From Phyllosticta citribraziliensis (Eukaryota): a stretch of 64,000 nucleotides of DNA. Position 1 is the stretch's first letter, and each line of letters opens with the position of its first letter. Positions 47,658 through 60,487 of this stretch are shown in pieces. The notes beneath the pieces are model-generated. The model was not told the origin of the DNA and made no database searches. It saw only the letters and a program-made list of their open reading frames with translations. The DNA lies in the NCBI RefSeq assembly GCF_038025025.1, contig NW_027117353.1, positions 124,001 through 188,000 on the forward strand. Reading direction: 5' to 3'. The position numbers were made by a program, and so were the translations under genes.

Positions 47658-49227
47658 AGAGGTCATTTGGCACGGCGGTATTCTTGGAATCACAAGATTG
47701 GATGGGCGGATGGATGAGAAGATGGACGAATGGCTTGGTGGAATACTTAAGTGCCCTCCCTTGGTCCTCTGCGACGCGAAAAGCCGAGGGCTTCTCCTTT
47801 TCCCTTGTTCCTTTTCAGCGATCTTTCCAAATGGCGTTTTAAGCGCTGGCTGGCTGGCTGGCGGCGTCCCTGTCTCCGTCCTCATTTACGTCGGCTGCGT
47901 TGCTTTCATTTTCTCATCACTGTCCTCTCTCTGCTTTTCACACGTCCGTCCATCTCTTTTCCCCTTTCAGTGGCAGCGGCTCTTCTCTTTCGCGTCTTTC
48001 GTGGGCGGTAGCGTTGATGCCATTCTCCAGGGCGTCGACACATCTGCACCCTCTGTACTTCACGGGGGACGTATGGAAGGTAGACAGACAGACAGGCAGG
48101 CGCCTTTGCAGTCGTGCATTTCTCTTCGCCGGGCCATCGTACGTCTGTCGTCGCACGCTTCTGGTCATGCTGGGTTCATCTTCGCCCTAGTTTTAGGGGC
48201 ATTGCGTCAGAATGTGCTCTTCTAGTGACTACTTCACTATGAAGCCGGTGGGAAGCACTGGGATCAGCCGCGAACCAGCTTTCCGCCCTGCTTCTTCTTG
48301 GCTTTCGTCTCTCGGCCGTTGTCTTGTCTGCAGACGCAGTGCTTTGGTGGATTGCCTACAGTGACCATGTAGTCTGACAAACATCTAGCCTTGTCGATCA
48401 TCATCGCTACTTAATGTGCTTCTCCCACTATAGCAGACACGAGAAGTACAAACCAGGCGCATGCATGCATTCAAGCTCGCAGTACTCGACAGTATAATTG
48501 GTGTCTAGCCCGCGCGAACATGACCGTTCATGGGCATCACCGCTGGCATCTGTGTCATTCGTCGGAAAGGACCGTCCAAACGACCAGCGGGTGCACTCAA
48601 CAAAGCGTGGGATTTCGAACTAGGGAAATGGGGACTCCAATATATCGATTGCCGCTAAAACTTTACCATCTGCGTGTATGTATGCATGCGCATGCTCCGA
48701 TCAATAGACCGCCCCCAAAGCCTAGTACTCCGTTGACATGCCCCTGCCCAGATAAACCAGGTATGTAGGTCCGCGTTTTCCAATGCTCGACCGCCCTACT
48801 CTGCAACCTATCAACACGCTACCATGTCGCCAGGCATGTTGACGCGCACTTCCGCAACTAAGTGGATGTACAATAGATCGAAAGGAGGCAAACAGGAGGC
48901 AAGTCGACGCTGTCGACAACAAAAGTCTGCGACCATAGGGTCGTGCTTTAAACTTGAGGCTTGCAGCTTGCAGCTTGACACTGGCGCTACAAACGCATGT
49001 GCGAGTCTTCTGCGACGTTAGGTAGCTCAGCTAGCCCAACGGCGTGAACCCAGTCTGTCGGGACCGATCGCGAGGGCGCTGCCGCACACGTCATAGACGG
49101 TGCGGGCATCTCTAGCTCTGTACATGTTCTCCTAGCTGTGTGCCAACAGCATTGCATCGCCTACTCACCTTCGCTATCAACACCAGTGTCTTCATTGCGC
49201 TATCCCGGTTTGTTGTATGAGCAGAGC

Positions 49228-49879
49228 ATGCGCATATTTAGTGCCGCATTGCTACTACGCGCCACTCTCGCCTTCTTCGCCCTTCTCGCAAGCAGCAGCA
49301 GCAGCAGCGTGCACGCCCACGGGCACGACTACGCCGCGCAGCAAGTGCTGCCCAACACCAACGCCAACGACGACGAGCAGCCGCACCTGATGGCGAGCGG
49401 GAAAATGGCGTCGTCAGCGTCGCAGAGCCTGAATGGTACGTCGCCCCCTCAAACCCTCCCCACAGTTCAATCCCACCACAGCCACTAACAACCCAAACCA
49501 CGCAGTCCTCAAAACGCCCCTCGCCCTCCACTCCCTCAACCCCCGCACCGGCTACCTGCGCAACGGCTACTGCGCCGCGCCGCCAGGCGACTACGGGAAC
49601 CACAGCGTAGCGGCCGTCGTGACGGACGAGTTTCTGGACTTCACCGCGTCGCGCGGCAATGATCTGCGCGTCATCCCTGGCATGCGGGCCGGGTGTAAGT
49701 GGTGCTTGTGCGCGGGTAGGTGGCTGGAGGCGTTTAGGGAGAGGGAGAGACTGGGGGACAGGGTTGTGCCCAGGGTTGTGTTGGAGGCGACGAGTGAGAG
49801 GGCGTTGGAGAGTGTGCGGTTGGAGGAGTTGAGGGCGTTTGCTGTCGATGGGAATGGCGGTGGGGGAGGGGGTCAGTGA
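49228..49879 (+). CDS. DUF2237 family protein (intron 49436-49505); start uncertain (49228, 49390 or 49406)
   Basis: Spliced SLN|VLKTPL..HS.NPRTGYLRNGYC...DYGNHSV..VVTDEFLDF..SRGNDL...KWCLCAGRWLEA...P.VVLEAT..RAL. Confidence 0.85.
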
Positions 49880-51794
49880 GGGTGGGGAGGGGGAAGAGAG
49901 GCTTTCCAGCGGCTCTGGGTGTTGACTGGCTGATGTCGGAAATGATGGGTTTGACGTTTCTGCAACGCTCTCATGCCAGCATCGCAACTCGGGCCTCAGA
50001 CACACACTCTTCATCGAACTCGGCAGCGTGAAAACAGGCTCTCCCATTGGATCCAATGGCGAGCGACAGAAGACATCTTCTGCCTGACATGCTCACTGAA
50101 ACAGCATGATGAAGATAGATTGGTTGGACGCGGGTTTCGTCTTCGAGTGTAGAGGGTTGTGGAGGCAAGGCAGGGCGACGGCCTGCTGGAACAGAGCAGA
50201 TTGGCGTGTTTCGTGCGGAGCAGCCTGATGTTGTCAAGCTCGAGAACCTTTTCAGCACTTGGGCCTTGAAATGCAATAGATGTTTAGCGTCTTTCTTAGC
50301 AAATCTCCGCGTTCCATGTTTTTGCAACAGTGTCAGTCGATACCTCTCGACCGACAAAAACTTTCGTGGAGTTAGATTCACGACTACTTGCCACGGACGT
50401 CAGTGAGCTGCAACGTCATGGCACAAGCAGCGGCTGTCGAGAATCTGCCGCTCACTCGTCGCGACCAAAGACACGCCACCAGGGTCTCCAGCAAAAAGCC
50501 AAGTAGCAGCAAGCACTCGCACTCCACCAGAGTCCAGAACGCGGGCCCAGCAGCCCACTCGCAAGCAGCGCAGCCAGCGAGCCAGTCCAGGCGCCACGCA
50601 GGGCCACCAGCACCAGAGCGTCCGCCGCGTCGCCGATCAGATCGACGCGGGTCTCATGTTTCGGCACAGGGCCAACCCCAGTTTGCATGACCCCGAGCCA
50701 AACGGCAGGTTCCCTGCGCAGAAGCCCCTGCCCAGCCGCCGGAAGGACCGGCTGAAAAAGACACGATCGAACAGCGAATGCTGGGCCTCGCTGAGGACTC
50801 TTGGGCGCTGTGATTGGCGGCTGGTGGAAAATGAGTGCGTGCTTGGCGATGGTGAGACGCTTCTCGATAGGGAGAGCTATCGTGATTGGTGTTGGTGGGA
50901 GAATATTCTTCTGTCGGATGATGCGAGTGGGGGGTCGCCGGCACATATACTCTATCGCAAGTTTGATGTGGTGGTGGGCGTGGGGTGTCTTCTTCGGCAT
51001 GTGCAAAGTCGCTGTCGAAGATCGATAGACCCTCGTTGGAACAGTGTCGGCAAGGAACAAATTGAACTAGTTTTCAGCTTTGGAACTCGTTGGAGCTGTT
51101 CGAGAAGATGTCCCGCGTCGTTTGATGAGTTCGTCACTTGGTGTCTTGGTCTGCCAGGAGAGGGTCAAAGCGGGGAGCTGTGTCTTCGAAGACAGTTTGC
51201 TGGTGAGACGGAGCGCTCTCTGCGTGATTGACAAATGTCCCGTCTGCCGACAACAGTATGATGATCAACGGGGTTCGAGAAGAACATGCCTGCTCTCGTC
51301 GGCGAAAGCGACGCCAAATCCCGACTGCCGGGTAAATGGCCTGTCTGATTCCCGTCGTGCCAGCATCAAGGTCTGAGATGTGTCGAGACAAGGCTGACGG
51401 CGCCGATGGTTTTGCTTCTTCCTGTTGGACATTCTTGTCTTGATGGGCTTGGTATCTGCAATGTCGACGTGTGATGGAGCTGGACGTCCGTGGGTTGTCT
51501 TGCAAATGTTAGGTGCCAACTGGTAGAAGTCTTGGTACGGCTGCCGCGCGCTCATGACCATGCGCGGGTGGTGGTCCACGATGTTTGCTGCATGGTGTTT
51601 CGAAGATATTTCCTGGCACTCGCACTACGTCACGCCAATCTCCTTGCCCAGATCCAGCGTGTAAACACGGCATTGGTGACGACCTCCTCACCACAGCCGT
51701 CGAAGCATCATCATCTTCTCACGCTGCTCTTGCTCAATGCGCCATATGCTTTCATTGTCTGGTTTTGCGCCTTCTCGACGAGCACTCCGGCGGG

Positions 51795-53048
51795 ATGATT
51801 GTCCGGGATAATGCACACCAGCTAGTCATTATCGCCCTCGTCCAAGGAATTCCCGCCCTTATTCTCTTCGGTCTTCGAGTGTTGGTTAGGACGACAAGAG
51901 CATCATGGGGATCCGACGATTGGGCAATGGTCGCGGCAGTGGTTTGTCTGCAACATTTCCAGATGGAGGAGCGACCGCTAACCATGCAGGGACCATTTGC
52001 GGTACAGACGGTGGGCGTCATGTTGGCCGCGAGATTCGGCATTGGGGTTCTGGACGAGCATCTGAACCCGCATGAAGTTCCCGAGGCACTCAAGGTACGG
52101 CATTGCCCAGCACTGTGGCTATCGCGTGGACTGACATGCGGCAGTGGTTCTTCTGGAGCCAGGTCTTGTTCCTCATCGCCGTCATGTTTATCAAAATCAG
52201 CATCGCTCTGCAGCTCAGTCGCATTGCGATATCGAGACGAAAGTATATTTTTGCGATTCGAACTTGCTTGGCGATTGTCGTGGTGTCCTTGTTGGGGACC
52301 ATTGTTTTCGTTCTTGCCAGATGCCATCCTATGAAGTGAGTTGTGATTAGCAAGGAAAAGGAGAAAAAAGGGCTGACAGGGCTGTAGGGCGCATTGGACA
52401 CCAAGCCTCGTACACACAAAATGCGGCTCACAGCTTCACTTGACCATTGTGAGCTATGTCCAAGCAGCGATCAACATTGCGAGCGACTTGTTCTGCGCAA
52501 TACTGTAAGTGAGCAGCGCAACTGTCAGGGCTGGGGCTGATAAGACGGGTAGGCCTATCCCGCTCCTCTGGAACGTGAGGATGAACCGCAAGACCAAGGT
52601 GTCGGTCATCGTGTTGCTCGGAATGGGCATCTTTGCCAGCGCGTCGGCCATGGTGCGGCTCAAGTACAACAGGAACTACATGTACGATGGACCGGATCGG
52701 CTTTGTAAGTAGCGGCAGCGATGGAAGAAACGAGGCTGACGTGGGAGGACAGACCGGCTGGCAGACATTGTAACGTGGGCGTACTCGGAGACGGGCATGG
52801 GCATGATTATAGGGTGCAGCGCGTGTTTGCGGCCTCTTCTGCCGGCGCTGAGGTCGGACCAGTCGCACGACACGTACCGGCTGGAGAGCAGCAAGCCCCC
52901 ACACAGCGTTGTGGCTGTGCGCGAGGACGACCGGGACCGCGACCGCGAACGCGACGGCGACGGCGAGAGCGACAGCGAGATGGAGACGACGGGCGGCACG
53001 TCAGTAAAGGGGCGCGAGGGCATGACATGGAGCTGGTCGGCCGTATGA
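51795..53048 (+). CDS. PTH11-like (fungal rhodopsin-domain) GPCR, no CFEM domain, 6 exons
   Basis: LRVLVR...GSDDW; IKISI; ARCHP; INIASDLFCAIL|PIPLLWNVRM..KTK; ASMVRL-like motif; WAYSETGMGMIIGCSACLRPL; five GT..AG introns. Confidence 0.87.
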
Positions 53049-53450
53049 CGATTTTGTCGCGTTTGGGAGTTGGACTGTGTAGGTAGACTGGGCGACTGGG
53101 CGACTGCTCTATTGGCCGAGGCGCATGTGAGGCTGGGCTGGGCTGGGCTGTATTTTGCAGCGCCGTGGTATAGCGACGTCGCATGGGATTGGGATGGGCT
53201 CGATGTCGTGCAGACGCGATAACGAGGTAGGTAGTTTAATGTTGGTGATTGCCGTCGTCGCAAGGCTCGCATTCTGTGGTTGCACGTCTCTCGGCGACCC
53301 TTGTTTAAGCCTACTGTACCCTCCTCCCACACGTACGGCGCCCACTGCTTGGCTCCTGGGCTGCTACCACCACCCTGCGCCTTTGATTCCTCCTCCGCCT
53401 TCTCCCCCAAGACCCATTTCCTGCTGTATTCCCTTCCAATACAACTTCCT

Positions 53451-53492
53451 CCTTCTTCCTCCTCCTCCTCCTCCTCCTCCTCCTCCTCCTCC
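53451..53492. repeat. (CCT)n trinucleotide microsatellite in a pyrimidine-rich promoter tract
   Basis: About 13 CCT/CTT units upstream of the UPF0658 gene. Confidence 0.9.
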
Positions 53493-54068
53493 AACACGCC
53501 CGCACACTCGACACGATCGTTACCATCCGACCACAACTCGCTGCGCCCTTAGATTCCCTGTCGCCCGTCCGCTGCGCTAGTGTGCTGGTACTCCTAGCCC
53601 TCACCCTCTCGCTCCCTCTCGCCGCGATCCCTTGCTTTTCGAAACAATCGTTGAGCTTCTGCGCCACGCCCCCGGCCCTGTCTACCTGACCTGCACCCTG
53701 GCCCGAGTGTTCCGCCATCCATCATCCCGCCTGCCGTCACCTTCTCCCTGTGTCGCGCTACCTACCTACGTCGGCTCTGCACATCAACGCCAAGTTGACG
53801 CTGCACCGCACCTGAGCCTGCCTGACCCGCCGTCGAGCAGCGCTGCCTGTCTCGATCCCTACCCGCCGCCCTCCCTTACTCTCCCCTCCGTGCCGCCCGA
53901 GGCGGCATCGTCGCCAAAATTTACAACCACGGCTCTCGCTCTTCCCTCCTCGGAGGACAAAGCATCGACCGCCTCTACCAGCCCCCCACCATACAGTCCC
54001 TCCCTGGAGGTTACAGAGATCGTGAAGGCCTGTCGTCCGGCCCTGGCTTCCCACGGGGCTCGAGCAGG

Positions 54069-55245
54069 ATGTATAGGCCAAATACCACCTGGACCTGGGC
54101 GTTTCTGCTCACCTCGCTCTTGCAAGCCATCGTTGCTTTGGCCCTCGAAGCGTACGTCGTGCGATTGCGCAAATGCCCTCTTCGTCGCTGACCTCGTCCA
54201 GGTACATCTTCGCCCGATTTCAGCTGTCGCTAAAGAAAAATGCCAACATTCTGCCCCAATCTCGAACCATCCCCACCTACCTGTCCGTCTTCATGTTCGG
54301 ATACATCTATCAAATGGTGCTTGTTTACGACGCGCTACGCCTGAAAAACACCATCCAAGTCATTGGTCTTTGCATCTACAACCTCGGCATCTTGGTCTAC
54401 GCGTCCATCCAAATCGACCAAATCAACGATGCCGTCATGGTCTTGCAGGAAAATGGCCTGATTTCGATTGAATTCTGGGGAGAGATCAAGCCGTTCCTCA
54501 TCGTCGAGCCTTGCCTCATGGCATTTGGCACCATCCTCATGTCGTTTGTTGCTTGGAAGCTCTACGACGAGTTCGCATGGACGATTTACAAGCACATCTC
54601 CGCTGACCTGCGGCTGAAGCGCAGATATCTGACCTATCAGGCAAGGCTATCCTCGTCTCATGCGGTTGCAAAATTTGGGCTGACGTTGGATTCTAGATTT
54701 ACATCGCCATGCTCAAGTTCGACTTTTTCTTCTTCCTCGGATTTACTGTGCAGTTCCTCGTCGTTGTCGGAAACACGACCGACGCCGAATTCTACCTCAC
54801 GATTGCGGCCGTCCCCATTACCATCCTGCTGCTGGTGCTGGCTGCTTATTGGACAAGGAAGGAAAACATTATTGGAATGATTGCCATCATCGTGCGTCGC
54901 CCTAGGAAACGTGACTCACTCCCAACGCTGACACATTTTTGGCAGGTGATTTATTTCGCAGCTCTCGCCTACTTTCTGTTCAAGCTCGTCCGCATGTACG
55001 GCTCCGACAAGAGCCGTGTCAACGACTACCTCCCGGCGCGTCGTTCGCTCACCACCTTTGCCGTCATCACGATTGCCCTGCTGCTTGTCACAATTATCGT
55101 TGCCTGCCAGTGCACGCACAATTTCAACAAGGGCCTCAAGCCACACCTTGCGCGGAGAAAGGTCCCGGATCTTGACGAACAAAAGTACACGACCGAAATG
55201 CCAGCGATAGCTGGACCTGTGCCGAACAGAATGACGATCGATTGA
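54069..55245 (+). CDS. UPF0658 Golgi-type multi-pass membrane protein (3 introns)
   Basis: MYRPNTTWTWAF..; IPTYLSVFMFG; DALRLKNTIQVIGLC; KLYDEFAWTIYKHISADL; LKFDFFFFLGFTVQF; NFNKGLK; RMTID end. Confidence 0.88.
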
Positions 55246-56654
55246 TGCGTCTCGCGCCCAGACGCGGTCAACGGACGACTTCAACGCCGACGCGACGATG
55301 TGGCTTTTCTTTTCTTGTCTTCCGGAAGGCGGTGGATTTGAGGACTGGGCGTTCTGGAGTAAAACGGCGAAAAAGAGGCGACTCGAACCAGGCCAATCCC
55401 GGCCCTTGCTGGACTCGAAATTCAGAGGCCATGACGGCAGTTAATCACAATCCCATGTGCGGGATACGAAGGGCGGGATGGAGGGTCTGCTGGAGGAACC
55501 GGGCTTTCATTTTCTGTGGGAGGACACCACGTGGTGCTTCTTTTTTGCTTGAACTCGGAAGGAGCTCTGATGTCGCCATGTATTGGCCATGGGTGACTCG
55601 ACTGCCTTGGCCTTGAGCAAGGTCCAGGTCGTTCACTTGCAGTGTGTATTACCTTCGTACAGCCACGCGCTTTTCTTGCCCCTCATACTTCTTTTTGCTC
55701 TTTACTTCACTGCTAGTTTTGCTCCCTGGGCTGTCGGCTCTCGGGGTGTTTTCTTCCCTTTTTCTTTTGCCTGCCCGCAGGCCCTGTTGCATCTGGCGAA
55801 TTTTTCAAGTAGCTTCCAGTTCCCATACCCACCAGCAAGCCTCTCCCCACCTTTTTGACAAATGCATCCACTACGCCTCTGTTCTTTTGGAGATCTTTGT
55901 TTGCGCTCATCTCCCATCTGTTCCAGTGCTCTGGTTCACTTGTAAATTGCGTTCAAATCACATTTTCCTGGTCGTCAATCCGCGCGCGCGCATCGCGATC
56001 TATCTCGCATCTTGTCCGTGTCTGCATTGCGCACCATGCACCCGAGTGTCTGTACGCCAAACGAGCGACGGCAGCCGGTACCGAGCCTGCGAGAGCACAA
56101 TCCGAGGTCTCAAGAAAGCCTCTCGCATAGTCACCGAACGAGCGACGAGCGGGCAATTGATGACAAGGCGGCGGGATAACAGGATCGCCACGTTCCAGCA
56201 ACTCACAGACCAGCCAGGGCAGCCGGCCCGCGAGCGGGCCCCCCTTCCAGCAGTGGGTCCGACGCAAAACGTTCGTCCAACGGCGGTCCAGGCAGGGCTG
56301 GGCTGGGCAGGCGGCAGCGAACTGGCATCGCAGAGCGCACTTCTTTCCTGCGTGGCTTGAAGAGATCCCAGGGCCACTGCCGACGCTCAATGATGAACGA
56401 ACGGCTGTTGTGGTTGGTCTCGTTGTCGGCCTTTTCTGGTCTGGTTAGTCGCGGTTCCGTACAGCGCCCCGGCGGCCAAAGCGAGTGAAAGCGAGCAAGC
56501 GAGCGAGTGAATGGGTGAGGTCTGAGGTCTGAGGACGCTTCTCTCTTGACTGCCAGCCAGCCTGTTCTCATTTTCGCATCGTCAACCAGCAGAACAATTT
56601 TCGTTCAATCATAATCGCCCTCCCTCGCCTCCTTCTTCTCTTCCATACACATGC

Positions 56655-56768
56655 ACTCTCTCTCTCTCTCTCTGTCTGTCTGTCGCCTTCCCCTGCCGGC
56701 CCGTCTGCCTCCCTTCCTCACCCCCTGCCTCACCCCTCCCAATCCTCCTCCTCCTCCTCCTCCTCCTA
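56655..56768. repeat. (CT)n and (CCT)n microsatellites in a pyrimidine-rich tract
   Basis: ctctctctctctctctctgtctgtctgtc and tcctcctcctcctcctcctcctcct. Confidence 0.85.
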
Positions 56769-57497
56769 CTTCTCGTCATCGCCGTCGTCCCCTCATCCCT
56801 CTAACCACCCACCAAGCCACACCCTCATACCTCCCCCGTCCGCCCCTCGTACCGCGCACATTGCGCCCAGCGGAAGGCGAATGACGACTCGCGGCGCGGC
56901 AGCGGCGCGGCGGTCTTGGCACGGAATGGATCTGCGGCCGCGTGTGGTGGAGACGGACGGACGGGGCTTCGGGGTCTCGGGGCGAGGGGAGGCCGACAGG
57001 CTGATGGACGAGTGATGAGTGATGACTTGGTGCGGCGGTGCGAAGGCTGCTGGGCAGGGTGCCTGCTTACCTACTACAGTGTGGGCTGCTGGTGCCAAGT
57101 ACCTTCTAGTCTCTCCATGTTTGTGACTGCTCACGCGCACTGTACTTGCTGTACCTACCTTCGTGCCATCCAGGCAGATAGATCGGTGTTTGTTGGCCTT
57201 ATTGTAGCTCCTAAACCACCAGACTGCTAGGAGTTCGATACTCGACCCCGAGAGCAGCTGATATCTGCTTATCTACCTGCACTCCCTTCTCTTCCCCTCC
57301 CGTGCCATCCACCAATTCATCCTTCCACTCGCTATCATCCTTCCATCCATCCATCCAACCCACTCGCTACCCATCTCGTATCCCACCTCACCTACCTTGG
57401 CAGTTGGCACATCAGCGCGGCGCAGCGCACGTGTGCTGTGGTGTGTTCAGCCGACCGGCAGCAACAGCAGCCTGACGCGCCCGCCCACGTGTCCATC

Positions 57498-57531
57498 CAT
57501 ACATACATACATACATACATACATACATACA
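57498..57531. repeat. (CATA)n tetranucleotide microsatellite
   Basis: catacatacatacatacatacatacatacataca. Confidence 0.9.
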
Positions 57532-59097
57532 CACAAGTCTATAGAAAGTATGCGTGAAACGAGACGAGACATACCAGGCAAAGCAGCCGGTGGGAGGTAG
57601 ATGAGGAGGGGTCTTTACGCGTTTCGTTTTGGGGTTCTTTGTTTGTCTTTTTCCCTGTTTTTAGTCCTGCTGCAGGCGTCAAGCGTCGTCTGTCGAGGCT
57701 TTGAGATACATGAGTAGAGGTTGTGTCGATGCGCTGAAAAGCGAGCGAGGGCCGTGACGCCTATGCACGCTGCTACTGCAGCAGCAGCAGCAGCGCTTCC
57801 TTTAATCCCTTTGCATGCATTCGTTCAGCAGAGCATATACATGCAGGGAGAAGTGTCCGGCAGCGTCTACGCTAGTATGAGGTACCAGCAAGAAAGTCTT
57901 CGTTCTGTCTGTCTGTCTGTCTATGATGTATATGCGGTTCTAAGTGATGCAACTCTTCGCAAAAATCTAGCAGAAGGAAAAGCGCGACTGCGGATACCAG
58001 GCCACACGTAGCCGCGCGGCTGCGCAGCCCAGTGCACAGTGTAGGCGAGGGGATGGAGGGGGTGGGAACAGCCATGAGAAGGGGAAGAGAGACGGGGAAG
58101 GGTGAGCATGAAGCTATGCACAAGCCCCTGTTTGATCTGCCTCCCCGTCGGCGAGTCCGAGGCCAAGTCGAGAGAGCATGAAGCGAGTCGAGGGGAACTG
58201 TCCGAATGCGCATTCGCACTTGCGTACCGGCATGCCGAAAGCGTACGCTGGAGCCGACCGTGGTCGCCGATCAAGCCAAATGCGATGGGTGTGCCGCAGC
58301 AACATGTCAAAACCACGATATCCAAGGAAAACCCAAGGCAAGGCAGCTCCTGACGACTATGGCCCGCAGCAACGCAGCACATTGACCAGTGAAGAGAATT
58401 GCAGAAAAGGGAAAAGGAAATAGGAGAATAGGAAAAGAAGCCGAAAAATCATTAGATACCATTGCATCATCTATCCCTGGACCTCATGCAGCGCCGACCA
58501 TCCCAAAGCCAAAGATAGATGCCATGACGACAAAAGGGAAAAGAAAACCGTTGATCCGCGAACCCGGCGCCCGGTACAGCGTCCGATGGCCAACGGGAAT
58601 AGGTCCAGAACGGCGGGTGCCGTTTGATTCGTAGCGAGGTGTTGACCCGGAGCCATGGGTTCGTCGAGTCATTGTTTATCCGAAACGCGCCCTACTGCAG
58701 AGTGGGTGCAGCAAGGACAAAACCGGCAAGCAGGGGCGTCTTTCCGGCTCGCTTGCTGCGTGCCCGGCAAGGAGTAAGTGTTTCAGGCTTTTTTTGGTCG
58801 TGATGCATCTTTTTTTAGGTCCTGTACTTTTCCACATCAAGGTCTTCTTCCTTGTGAGCTTTTTTTCTTTTTTTTTCTTTTTTTTTCGTTATAGACGTCC
58901 AGTTTGGATGATGTCGCCTCTCCTCCAATATTCGATGATCTCCAGACACCAAGAAACCAGGCTGCAAGGAGCATTCGACGAGCCGTGCAACACTGGGGGA
59001 AGAGGTATGACGACTATCATCGCCTTTGCCGAGGGGTCTGGAGTCGCCAGCAGGTTTTCTGGCAGGCTAATCGCGGGTATCAAGAGAGACGGGGTAT

Positions 59098-60018
59098 TCA
59101 ATCGTGCTTCTCTGCCGCCAGGGAACCGGCCTCGACTCCATCGGCGGCGGTGGCACCCTGACTGTTCAGGAAAGAGAGGTAGCAGTTCCAACCTGAGGAT
59201 GAAAGTCAGCGGGATTCCTGTCCTGGAGGCGCAGCGCAATGCTTTGGCCATGGATAACATACCCAGCGAGACAATGTTGACCACCAACACGCGGTGCTCA
59301 AGAGGGACCAACGTGAAGTTGCCCATCTGCACAAACGGCCAGACCATCCAGTTCTTGATCAATGCAGGCTTGTACGCCGCCTCGAGCTTCTTGCGGGGGT
59401 CGGTGCCTTCGAGAATGGACATGCTCGAGAGGAAGACAAACATGCTGGTGGGGGCAAAGAGGAGCTGGTCAGCAGCAACGCGGGCTACGGTGGTTGCAGT
59501 CGTGCTAGACAGCTGGACGCGCGAGAGGAGCTTGAACCAGGTCGTGGCTGCAGGACCGAAGATGGCTGCGCATGTGTCAGCTTGTTTACCAGGTTCCTAA
59601 TCTTGACAGAGAGTGGGTGAAGCTCACCTCCACCATATGCGGCCATGCGCGCAGTGCGGGCCAGCTCGTGGTTCTTGAAGCCGCGTCTCTCTACGGCTTG
59701 CTGGGCCAGGACATCACCGGTTCCAAACAACACCTGGAATGCGCCGTCGAAGGTCAGTGGTGATTTCCATGATTATGACGTAATGTGTGTGTCGAGGAAC
59801 GCGGGCGACGACGTCGAGGTCGAGAGGGAGGACGGCGCGGAGGCAGGGCTCGACGACGGATGGCTCATTGAGAAACAAAGGTGGTGCATACCGCGGTGGT
59901 GACGCTCTGAGTGAGGAGCGGGCGCTTGGCCAGCATGGATTGGTACCTGTCACAGACGTCAACTGTCAGCTCGCCGAGCTTTGGAGCTTTTTTCCACGTC
60001 GACTCACCAGCGCAGCAT
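59098..60018 (-). CDS. SYM1: Mpv17/PMP22 family membrane protein Sym1 (4 introns)
   Basis: Spliced [39 protein letters not shown]..; [43 protein letters not shown]; stop at 59098-59100. Confidence 0.92.
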
Positions 60019-60487
60019 TGTCGACTAATTGAGTGATGACTGAGTAGAGAGGTATGGGTAGTGCGAAATCGTGGCGACGGTTGGGTGAATGAGGGTGGTG
60101 GCGAGTGGTGAAGGGTTTTTATTGCCTTGGTGTTGTTATCTCAGACTGCAGGCGGTCACTCTGCCCGAATCACTGGCTTGGTGTTGCGCACGAACCAAGG
60201 GGTCTCGATGCGATGCCGGCCCGATGTCACCTTTCGGAAGGATCTGCGCGGGAAGGTACCCGTCGACTTACTAAGTAACCTTCTGCCCAATCACTGCCCG
60301 CCTTGACGCCACAGGATCTCTTTCGAACCTCACCCACTTTGGCATGCCATCCGCTCCCCCATACTTCTATCATCTTTCGTCATTGCCCAAACTCTTCAAC
60401 GTCGACGGGATGAATACTTGACAACACATTCTCCCTCTTGCGCCTATTTGGAGCTGACGAGCGCATCGGCTGCAAGACGAGGTTAGC

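Noticed and set aside
47011..48225. 404-aa Arg-rich plus-strand ORF
   Set aside because: Alternative frame of the GC-rich 46521-47657 gene running into 3' UTR-like sequence; non-ATG start
48930..48941. CGACCATAGGGT resembling the 5' end of ascomycete 5S rRNA
   Set aside because: Similarity stops after about 12 nt; no internal 5S boxes follow
14146..49879. Recent bacterial horizontal transfer of the DUF1264 or DUF2237 genes
   Set aside because: Both carry canonical spliceosomal introns and host-like composition; an ancient transfer cannot be judged without phylogeny
53632..54068. Pro/Ser-rich ORF upstream of the UPF0658 gene
   Set aside because: TTG start, in a different frame from the conserved protein beginning at 54069; best explained as pyrimidine-rich promoter or 5' UTR
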